Origin: an uncultured Candidatus Actinomarina sp.
Lineage (GTDB): Bacteria > Actinomycetota > Acidimicrobiia > Actinomarinales > Actinomarinaceae
DNA: 64,000 nucleotides
NCBI GenBank assembly: GCA_902634185.1
Contig: CACPJC010000002.1
Location: 128,001 to 192,000, forward strand
Direction of reading: 5' to 3'
Shown here: positions 10,033 through 17,974 of the stretch, piece by piece
How the letters are laid out: every line of letters starts with the position of its first letter
How positions within the stretch are numbered: position 1 is the stretch's first letter
The notes under the pieces: model-generated
What the model saw: only the letters and a program-made list of their open reading frames with translations
Databases searched by the model: none
Told to the model about the DNA's origin: nothing
Translations under genes and position numbers: made by a program

Positions 10033-10646
10033 ATATCAGTTATAACATCTATATAACGAAAATTATTTTTATTTATAAGAAACTTTTCTTGTTTCACGTG
10101 AAACATTGAATTAAATATTTCTGATGATTGAGAGTTAGATGAGACAAATATTGTTAAATTATTATCTTTGAGTTGTTTTTTTTCTAACGTTTTCAGAATA
10201 TTAGAGGTTGAAACATAGCATCTCATTACGATTATTGAGTTTTTTGCCTCTTTTAGAATTGTTTTTGCATCTTTTTTTATAGGTTTAGCATTGTTCAAAT
10301 TTAAAATTTTTACTAATCTTTCCAGTTCATATATTCTTTTTTGTTTGTTGTCTACTAATGAAACATTTGTTTTGTTTACAATTGAGATGGGTATGCCGGG
10401 TATTCCGGCTCCTGTCCCAAGGTCAATAATTTCACATTCACTTAAATTTTTGAATTTTTTAATTAATTTTGCAAAATAAAGTGAGTGAATTATAAATTCA
10501 TCCCAAATAAATTGATCTGTTTTTTTACTAATTAAACCCGTTTTTATGGCAGTATTTTTTAGCCATTCATGATATTCAAATAATTTATCTTGATGATTTT
10601 TAAAGTCGTCTAAACCCCACTCTGGTATCTGGGGTTCAAAATTCAT
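10029..10646 (-). CDS. rsmG: 16S rRNA m7G527 methyltransferase
   Basis: DLGTGAGIPG; position between jag and parA. Confidence 0.88.
   Translation of the reverse strand: MNFEPQIPEWGLDDFKNHQDKLFEYHEWLKNTAIKTGLISKKTDQFIWDEFIIHSLYFAKLIKKFKNLSECEIIDLGTGAGIPGIPISIVNKTNVSLVDNKQKRIYELERLVKILNLNNAKPIKKDAKTILKEAKNSIIVMRCYVSTSNILKTLEKKQLKDNNLTIFVSSNSQSSEIFNSMFHVKQEKFLINKNNFRYIDVITDM
10090..10105. promoter_or_regulatory. parS centromere site
   Basis: Perfect palindrome TGTTTCACGTGAAACA inside rsmG, just upstream of parA. Confidence 0.92.
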
Positions 10647-11395
10647 TCTTCTTCGTTGCTACTAGGTGCAAAAACTACTGATCTATATGGCTCTCTACCT
10701 TCAGAATATGATCTAATTCCATCTATTTCTGCAACAGCATCATGAAGGGTCTTTCTGTCTACAGAGTTCATTGGTTCGAGCATAACTTCCTGTTTGTCCT
10801 CTAATATTTGTTTAGTAAGTCTCTCAGCATAAATTGTTAGAGCCTCTTTCCTTTTTAAAGCATAATCTGCCACATCAAGTCTTAGTCTTGTTCCAGCACC
10901 TGTTTTTCTTTGAACTGCTGTTCGTGTTAGTTCATGAAGTGACCGAATAATAATTCCTTTTTCCCCTACAAGGGCTTCGGTTTGTTCTCCTTTAACGTTT
11001 ACAACAAGATTTTTATCTTCAACTTCCCCTTCAACTTTTCCATCAAGCCCAAAAGAGTCAATTAGTCCTTGTAAAAAGTCAACTGATACCTTTAATTGTT
11101 CATTGGGGTCTGCTTCAACCCTTGGTTTTTTTGGCTCATAGCTTCTTTTTTCTCTTTTTCTATTGTCTCTTTTGTTCCTTTGTTTGTATTGTCTTGAGTT
11201 ATTGTTTTTAAACCCAGATCTAACTGAGATTCTTACAAGGGCTTTTGTTCCTCCAACTCCAAAAACTCCGCCTTCGGGTTCGCGTAAAATACCTATGTTG
11301 GCTTCAGTTGCATCCTCTAAATTAAGCTCTTTCAAACCTGCTTTAATTGCATCATCAATGGTTTTTGCTTCAACCTCTACCCATTTGTCTGACAT
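10643..11395 (-). CDS. jag: Jag/KhpB (EloR) RNA-binding protein
   Basis: Jag_N domain, KH (LVGEKG) and R3H (DRKTLH) domains. Confidence 0.92.
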   Translation of the reverse strand: MSDKWVEVEAKTIDDAIKAGLKELNLEDATEANIGILREPEGGVFGVGGTKALVRISVRSGFKNNNSRQYKQRNKRDNRKREKRSYEPKKPRVEADPNEQLKVSVDFLQGLIDSFGLDGKVEGEVEDKNLVVNVKGEQTEALVGEKGIIIRSLHELTRTAVQRKTGAGTRLRLDVADYALKRKEALTIYAERLTKQILEDKQEVMLEPMNSVDRKTLHDAVAEIDGIRSYSEGREPYRSVVFAPSSNEEE

Positions 11396-12213
11396 TATTT
11401 TCTCCTTCTTTTTTTTCTGTTTTTGCGAGGATCTTCTTGCTGCTTGGTTTCTGGTGTTTCCTCGTTCTCTTCGTTATCTTTTTCAGTTTTATCACTTTTG
11501 TCCTCTTTGTCTTCTATGCGAATAATTAAGGCTTGTTGACCAATTCTGAAAATATTTCCTGTTAAGAAATATACGACAAGACCTGAAGGCAAAGTCCAGG
11601 AAATGAACCCGAAAAATATTGGCATAACCTTTCCAATCATTTGCATTTGCTGTGCTTGTGGGTTGTCGCTTTTTCCTTGTTTCTTTGTAATTTGTTGTTG
11701 TTGAAATAGTGCGGTTGCAACAACCATTAAAATAAGAACAATGTATGGAACTCTTTCTACCCATCCTGATATTTCAGATGCAGGTATTTGAAGATCCATG
11801 TTAAAGAAAAGAATGTTTATATTGTTTTCTAGATCTGAAAATAGAGATTCAGATTTTGGTATAAACAAGAGCGGTTCTCTCAACACTCTAAACAAAGCAA
11901 ACCAAACTGGCATTTGTACCAATAAAGGAACAACGCAACCAAGCGGGTTGATTCCTTTTTCTTTGTAAAAAGCTGCTATTTCTTTGTTTAATTCTTCTTT
12001 ATTGTCTTTATGTTTTTTCTGTAACTTCTTTAGCTCTGGTTGAACATCTTGCATTCTTTTGGTAGACCTCGTCTGCCTAAGAGTTAGTGGGAAAATAATT
12101 ATATTAATTATGACCGTCAAAATGGCTATAGAAATCCCATAGGAGGGGACATATCCGTAAACAAATGATAGCAAAAAGCCAATAGCTAGTGCAAAAGGTT
12201 CAATTATTGCCAA
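11395..12213 (-). CDS. yidC: membrane protein insertase YidC
   Basis: NPLGCVVPLLVQMPVW, LPSGLVVYF. Confidence 0.95.
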   Translation of the reverse strand: MAIIEPFALAIGFLLSFVYGYVPSYGISIAILTVIINIIIFPLTLRQTRSTKRMQDVQPELKKLQKKHKDNKEELNKEIAAFYKEKGINPLGCVVPLLVQMPVWFALFRVLREPLLFIPKSESLFSDLENNINILFFNMDLQIPASEISGWVERVPYIVLILMVVATALFQQQQITKKQGKSDNPQAQQMQMIGKVMPIFFGFISWTLPSGLVVYFLTGNIFRIGQQALIIRIEDKEDKSDKTEKDNEENEETPETKQQEDPRKNRKKRRRK

Positions 12214-12416
12214 TTTTTACCAAACTTTCTATATACGGGATTACATTTATAAACCCTTTCTATAAAAACAGGAAGAGTCCTAATTAAACCTTTGTTTTCA
12301 AAGCTTTCTCTTATCGCGTTCGAACAGGTTGGGTAATATAAACAATTTCCCTGACCAATGCCAAAGAGCCCGAGCAGTGAACGAAACACTGTAAACAAAA
12401 TGTTTGTAATCTTCAT
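12204..12416 (-). CDS. yidD: membrane protein insertion efficiency factor
   Basis: CLYYPTCS...KCNP; synteny. Confidence 0.88.
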   Translation of the reverse strand: MKITNILFTVFRSLLGLFGIGQGNCLYYPTCSNAIRESFENKGLIRTLPVFIERVYKCNPVYRKFGKNWQ

Positions 12417-12736
12417 TTTTTAATTAGTTTGGGATGAGAAGAAATTATTTTTTGTATTTCTAAAATCTTTAAATTTAAGTTTTGTTTTGATCCAATAATA
12501 TAAATATCAAAACTTTCTTTATCTTCTAAACCCCTAACTGCCTCTTTAATCCTTCTTTTAAATTTATTACGTTCTACTGCGGTTGTCTGCTTACTTGAGA
12601 TGCTTATACCAAGTCTTGAAACTTTTTCTTGGTTTTTCTCTATATAAACCCTTAATCCTTTTTCAGTAAAACAATTTGTTTCTTTTTTCAGTCTGAAAAA
12701 ATCATTTTTCTTATTCAGTGCAGTAAATCTAACCAA
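12413..12736 (-). CDS. rnpA: RNase P protein
   Basis: RLGISISSK, AVERNKFKRRIKE. Confidence 0.9.
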   Translation of the reverse strand: MVRFTALNKKNDFFRLKKETNCFTEKGLRVYIEKNQEKVSRLGISISSKQTTAVERNKFKRRIKEAVRGLEDKESFDIYIIGSKQNLNLKILEIQKIISSHPKLIKK

Positions 12737-12741
12737 TTAGC

Positions 12742-12876
12742 TTATGCAGAAAGTGTTTTTCTACCTTTTCTTCTTCTTCTTTTAAGAATTTCTCTGCCAG
12801 CTCTGGTGCTCATTCTCGATCTAAAACCGTGTTTTCTACTTCTTTTTCTATTACTAGGTTGATAAGTTCTTTTCAT
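12742..12876 (-). CDS. rpmH: 50S ribosomal protein L34 (not in ORF track)
   Basis: Hand-translated [44 protein letters not shown]. Confidence 0.97.
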   Translation of the reverse strand: MKRTYQPSNRKRSRKHGFRSRMSTRAGREILKRRRRKGRKTLSA

Positions 12877-12947
12877 TTTTCTTCCTGTTTAAACACAATA
12901 TATTAAAAAATTATTTAAACAAAGTAAATTAATATTTAATTTAAAAG

Positions 12948-12983
12948 TTCGCGAAAACAAAACCATCTTCGCGAAAACAAAAC
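12948..12983. repeat. 16-bp direct repeat x2 upstream of dnaA
   Basis: TTCGCGAAAACAAAAC at 12948-12963 and 12968-12983. Confidence 0.9.
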
Positions 12984-13147
12984 TAACTAGGTTTTATAAT
13001 ATGAAATTCACTTATTATTTTTCTTATTATTTCCTCTAATAAACTCAACAATCGTTGGGTTTTTAGTTGGTGTGTGTTTGTTTTCTAAAAATTAATATGT
13101 TTTTACCACTCTATGATTTCCGAAGAGGTTTTATTAGATTGTTCAGA

Positions 13148-14452
13148 ATGAGTAATTTACTTAAAGAGTTTAAATCTGAAATACACAAACTAGATTTATC
13201 TAAAACTGAAAGATATTGGTTAGAACAAGTAAATTTTGAAATTGACAATGAGTCTTTAAGTATTTTCGTAGGATCAGACTTTGTAAAATCATCAATTGAG
13301 AAAAAACTATATAAAAAAATCAAAAAAACATTCAACATAAGCACGGGATTTAAAGAATGTGTTTTTGTTTTGGATAAGAATATGAAAAAAGACTTTCAAG
13401 CCTATGAATTTGAAGAAAAAAATGAAGATCTATTAAAAAATCAAGAAGAGATAAAAAAAGTTCAGCCTGATTTATCTGTTTTTGACGAGATGTTTGTCGG
13501 CTCCTCTAATAATCTTTCAGTAACGGCAGCAAAAAATGTTGTTAAAGATCCTGGTGGACGTTTTAACCCTCTTTTTGTTTATGGATCTCCGGGGGTTGGT
13601 AAAACACACCTTCTAAAAACTATTGAAAAAGCTCACCCCTCTTCTTTTTATATTGATTCTGAATCTTTTTTAGATTCATATATTCAAGGAATAAAAAATA
13701 AAGATATAGATATATTTAAATCAAAAATAAGGTCTGTCGAAATTTTACTAGTAGATGATATTCAGTTTTTTATGGGTAAAAAGGGTGTTTCAGAGGAGCT
13801 TTTCCACACTATTAATTATTTTTTAAACAATCAGAAAGCGGTTGTTTTGGTTTCAGATCAAAAACCAAATAAACTTTTAGGCTTTCCGGGTCGCCTAATT
13901 TCAAGAATTTTAAACGGTTTAGTTACTGACATTGAAAAACCTGATGAAGAAATGTTTCTTAAAGCAATTGAGAAAGCAAATGTTGAACAGGGCGGTTATT
14001 TGCTTTCTAAGGAAGAGATTAAAAAAATAAGTGGGTTAAGGGTAGATAGTTTTAGAGATATAAACGGAATTGTTAACCAACTCTTAATAAATAAACAAAC
14101 AGGAAAGGGTAATTTCGATTATATTAAGGAGTTGACTTCTGTTTCTAAGTCGGGATTTGTAGAGTCTGTTGGTCCTGATCAAATATTAGATTACGTTTCA
14201 AAGGTTTTTCAAGTTGATAAAAACCTCATATCTTCAAAAAACAGAACATCGAAGGTTAATGAGTCTAGGAGGCTTTTTGCATCTCTGGCAAGGAAACATA
14301 CAGACCTATCATTAAATCAAATAGGTTTGTATCTTGGTGGAAGAAGCCACTCAACAGTTTTAAGCTATATTGATAAATCTAAAGACTCACCTTTAGTTAT
14401 CAAAGAAATAAACAATTTCGACAGTTCACTCTCAATAAAAGAGGTTGGTTGA
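13148..14452 (+). CDS. dnaA: replication initiator DnaA (divergent)
   Basis: FNPLFVYGSPGVGKTHL, LLVDDIQF, domain IV IGLYLGGRSHSTV; ATG at 13148 preferred to the track's 13067. Confidence 0.93.
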   Translation: MSNLLKEFKSEIHKLDLSKTERYWLEQVNFEIDNESLSIFVGSDFVKSSIEKKLYKKIKKTFNISTGFKECVFVLDKNMKKDFQAYEFEEKNEDLLKNQEEIKKVQPDLSVFDEMFVGSSNNLSVTAAKNVVKDPGGRFNPLFVYGSPGVGKTHLLKTIEKAHPSSFYIDSESFLDSYIQGIKNKDIDIFKSKIRSVEILLVDDIQFFMGKKGVSEELFHTINYFLNNQKAVVLVSDQKPNKLLGFPGRLISRILNGLVTDIEKPDEEMFLKAIEKANVEQGGYLLSKEEIKKISGLRVDSFRDINGIVNQLLINKQTGKGNFDYIKELTSVSKSGFVESVGPDQILDYVSKVFQVDKNLISSKNRTSKVNESRRLFASLARKHTDLSLNQIGLYLGGRSHSTVLSYIDKSKDSPLVIKEINNFDSSLSIKEVG

Positions 14453-14570
14453 TTCTTTGTCGGTTTTGTTGTCTTTTTGCTCCTCCAAAATCCTTTTTGT
14501 AAATTGGTTTTTTTTTCTATTTATACATGTCAGACGTTCTTATTACTATTAAATTTATAAAAGATTAAAT
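14453..14570. other. probable oriC unwinding region (dnaA-dnaN spacer)
   Basis: Position; TAT-TAC-TAT-TAA run at ~14541-14552 resembles DnaA-trios; no canonical DnaA box. Confidence 0.55.
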
Positions 14571-15686
14571 ATGAAGTTTAAAACACAAACAAGCGTATTA
14601 AAGGAAGTAGTTTCTTCTGTTTCTCGAGTTGTTAATCCCAGACCTTCAACACCCGCCCTAACAGGTCTTTATCTTCACGCTTCAGACGGTTTTCTAGAGG
14701 TTATAGGTTCTGATCTGGATATAACAATTAAGTCAAAGATAGTTGTTGACGTAGATGTTGAAGGAAAGTGTCTTGTTAATTCAAATAAACTATCAGAAAT
14801 TGTAAGAAAACTTCCCGAGGGAGAGATTGTCTTTTCTGATGTAGGAAGTGAATTAAAAATAGAAACCAAATCATTAGACTTCACTTTAAGAAAACTGGAA
14901 GACCAGGACTATCCAGAAGCATTCTTGAAAAAACACGAAAAAGACGATCAAACACAAGAAGTGTTGGTTTCAGAGTTGTTTGATTCGTTGAAGAACGTAG
15001 GTATTGCTTCTACTCCAGAGGGTGGAAGACCCGTGTTAACAGGTGTTTATTTCAACAATCAAGACGAAAAAACAGAACTAGCAGCAACAGACAGTTATAG
15101 ATTAGCCACACAACAAATTAGCAACTTCCCAATAAACGATGTGGGAATTATTTCATTTAAATCGTTAAGTGAAGTAATTAGGCTTTTTGAAAATGAAGAA
15201 GAAACACTAAACATTAATTCAAACGAAAAAGATCTTTACTTTTTTAATGACAAATACTTTGCCTCATTAAGAAAAGTAGAAGGAACTTTTCCAGAATATC
15301 AAAACCTTTTTCCAAAAGAAACACTGTTTACAGCAGAGATTGACAAGAAAGAAATATTAGAAAGTCTTGATCGCTCTACTGTCGTTGCTGAGGGGTATAT
15401 ACCCGTAACCTTTATTTTTGAAAACAACGAAAAATTAACAATCACCACACTTAATAAAGACGTTGGTGGTGGAAACGAAAGCTTAAATATAAATATTCTT
15501 GGTGTTGAAACAGGGGATATAAACGGCTTTCAAATGTCTTTCAATCCGAATTTCTTAATTCAAGGCATCGAAGTTTTAGAAGGCAACAAGGTTTACATTA
15601 GATTCTCTGGAAACGAAAAACCGGTAGTAGTACAAGGAGAATCAGAGAACTATAAATATCTCTTAATGCCAGTAAGAGCCTCGTGA
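14571..15686 (+). CDS. dnaN: DNA polymerase III beta clamp
   Basis: GSDLD, RPVLTGV, ATDSYRL, YLLMPVR. Confidence 0.96.
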   Translation: MKFKTQTSVLKEVVSSVSRVVNPRPSTPALTGLYLHASDGFLEVIGSDLDITIKSKIVVDVDVEGKCLVNSNKLSEIVRKLPEGEIVFSDVGSELKIETKSLDFTLRKLEDQDYPEAFLKKHEKDDQTQEVLVSELFDSLKNVGIASTPEGGRPVLTGVYFNNQDEKTELAATDSYRLATQQISNFPINDVGIISFKSLSEVIRLFENEEETLNINSNEKDLYFFNDKYFASLRKVEGTFPEYQNLFPKETLFTAEIDKKEILESLDRSTVVAEGYIPVTFIFENNEKLTITTLNKDVGGGNESLNINILGVETGDINGFQMSFNPNFLIQGIEVLEGNKVYIRFSGNEKPVVVQGESENYKYLLMPVRAS

Positions 15687-15973
15687 AACAAGCAAGTGGA
15701 CCTGAAAAAATAAACATTGAAGAAAACAGTGTTGGAATAAATTTTAAAAAATCAGAACAAGTTAAAAAACACCTTAATAACTCTTCCTACCCCTGGAAGG
15801 ACGAAATATCTTCAGGACCAGTAATTAACGATAGCCTTGTAATTTATGTGGACTCAAAAAGACTAAAAGACATAATCGAACTGGAGTCTCTAAAAATAAT
15901 CAACAATATAGAAAAAAAGCTTGGATTTTCGGTGAATTCTATACGTGTTGAATTGCAAAATAGCCAACAATAA
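15683..15973 (+). CDS. probable DUF721/DciA helicase-loader protein
   Basis: Synteny before gyrB; size and LVIYVDS pattern; weak sequence similarity. Confidence 0.55.
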   Translation: MKQASGPEKINIEENSVGINFKKSEQVKKHLNNSSYPWKDEISSGPVINDSLVIYVDSKRLKDIIELESLKIINNIEKKLGFSVNSIRVELQNSQQ

Positions 15974-16050
15974 TAACGTATTTCTACTAAAATAAGAGTT
16001 CAGCAAGGGGCTGTACTTAATATAAAAAAGAAGCGTATCTTAGGAGATCC

Positions 16051-17973
16051 GTGCCAAAAAAAGATTCAAAAAGCTATGATTCTAAAGACATAAAGGTCTT
16101 AGAAGGTCTAGAAGCGGTAAGAAAAAGACCAGCAATGTATATTGGTTCGACCGGACCAAACGGCCTCCACCATCTAATTTGGGAAGTTGTGGACAACTCT
16201 GTTGATGAGGCAATGGCGGGAAGGTGTACTCAAATTGATGTAATGCTTGAAAAAAACGGCTCAGTCACAGTAAAAGACAATGGAAGCGGAATACCCGTAA
16301 AGCCCCACCCTAAAACAAAAAAATCTGCCCTAACAACCGTCTTAACAACACTACATGCTGGAGGAAAGTTTGAGTCAGGAGCCTACACAGTAAGCGGCGG
16401 TCTACACGGAGTTGGTATTTCGGTAGTAAACGCACTTTCTGTTTTTGTGAAGGTTGAGGTAGAAAGGGACGGACATGTATGGAATCAAAATTTTGATTAC
16501 GGAAAGCCCACTTCAAAAATTAAAAAAGGAAAAGCTTCCAAAAAAACAGGAACAAAAATAAACTTCTTGGCTGATCCAGAAATATTTGATGAAACACAGG
16601 TTTTCGAATACAACATTGTTTCGGAAAGATTGAGACAAACAGCATTTTTAAACAAAGGCCTCAAGATTAACCTAACTGACAACAGAGTAAAACCAGCAAC
16701 AAAAGAACAGTTCTTTTATAAAGGTGGTTTAGTTGATTTTGTTGATTATTTAAATGAGGGGTTTGAGGTTCTTCATGAAAAAACAATTTCATTTTCAGAT
16801 CAAAGCAAGGACTCCGAAATAGAAGTTGCAATGCAGTGGAAAAACGAAGACGACGTAAATATAAAAAGCTTTGCAAACAACATACATACTCTTGAAGGAG
16901 GAACTCACGAAGAAGGTCTTAGAACAGCAGTTACTAAAGCAATAAACGATTTTGCTAAATCTAGAAATCTTCACTCTGATATTTCTTTAACAGGCGATGA
17001 TATAAGAGAAGGCTTAACAGGTGTTGTTTCTGTAAGGGTGAAAGAACCACAATTTGAAGGCCAAACAAAAACAAAACTTGGGAACACCGAAATGAAATCT
17101 AAAGTACAAGTATTAGTAAACCAAGAATTTCCAAAATGGCTTTCAAAAAATACAAAAGAAGGACGAGCTATTGTCGAGAGGTGCGCTATTGCGGCAAAAG
17201 CAAGAATGAGTGCAAAGAAAGCAAGAGAGCTTACTAAAAGAAAAAGCATACTTGAAACATCAGGCCTTCCAGGAAAGCTGGCAGACTGTTCTTCAACAGA
17301 TCCATCAGAAAGTGAATTATTTATTGTAGAGGGAGATTCTGCTGCTGGTCCCGCCAAGCAAGCAAGAGACTCAAGAACGCAAGCAATTCTTCCAATTAGA
17401 GGAAAAATTATTAATGTTCAAAAAGTTACAGAGAACAGAGCTTTACAAAATGAAGAAATAAGTTCTCTTATCAAGGCAATCGGAACAGGAATAAAAGCCG
17501 AATATAAAGGAGAAGAATCAAGGTATGACAAAATTATATTTTTAACAGATGCAGACGTTGATGGTGCCCACATTAGAACCTTGTTGTTAACATTCTTCTT
17601 TAAATTTATGCCCGGACTCATTAAAGAAGGAAAGGTTTGGATCTCCGAACCTCCACTTTATAGAGCTAAGTCTTCTGGTTCAATAAATTATTTGAAAGAC
17701 GATCAAGCCCTTGAAAATTTTAAAAAAGAAAACAAAAATAAGAAATTTGATATCAGCAGATTTAAAGGTCTTGGAGAAATGAACGCAGGAGAGCTTTGGG
17801 ACACTGCAATGAATCCAGAAAGTAGAACTCTTATAAAAGTAAGCATTGCTGATGGAAAGGCAGCTGAAGCTAGAGCAGCAAACATGTTTGAAATACTAAT
17901 GGGTAACGACGTTGCAAAAAGAAAGACTTTCATTGAGGAAAACGCCAAAGATGTAAGGTTCTTGGACGTATAA
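16051..17973 (+). CDS. gyrB: DNA gyrase subunit B
   Basis: EAVRKRPAMYIG, GGLHGVG, EGDSA, DADVDG, RFKGLGEM. Confidence 0.97.
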   Translation: MPKKDSKSYDSKDIKVLEGLEAVRKRPAMYIGSTGPNGLHHLIWEVVDNSVDEAMAGRCTQIDVMLEKNGSVTVKDNGSGIPVKPHPKTKKSALTTVLTTLHAGGKFESGAYTVSGGLHGVGISVVNALSVFVKVEVERDGHVWNQNFDYGKPTSKIKKGKASKKTGTKINFLADPEIFDETQVFEYNIVSERLRQTAFLNKGLKINLTDNRVKPATKEQFFYKGGLVDFVDYLNEGFEVLHEKTISFSDQSKDSEIEVAMQWKNEDDVNIKSFANNIHTLEGGTHEEGLRTAVTKAINDFAKSRNLHSDISLTGDDIREGLTGVVSVRVKEPQFEGQTKTKLGNTEMKSKVQVLVNQEFPKWLSKNTKEGRAIVERCAIAAKARMSAKKARELTKRKSILETSGLPGKLADCSSTDPSESELFIVEGDSAAGPAKQARDSRTQAILPIRGKIINVQKVTENRALQNEEISSLIKAIGTGIKAEYKGEESRYDKIIFLTDADVDGAHIRTLLLTFFFKFMPGLIKEGKVWISEPPLYRAKSSGSINYLKDDQALENFKKENKNKKFDISRFKGLGEMNAGELWDTAMNPESRTLIKVSIADGKAAEARAANMFEILMGNDVAKRKTFIEENAKDVRFLDV

Positions 17974-17974
17974 C

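Noticed and set aside
12948-12983. Direct repeat as mini-CRISPR or IS end
   Set aside because: Only two copies with a 4-bp gap; no transposase or cas gene
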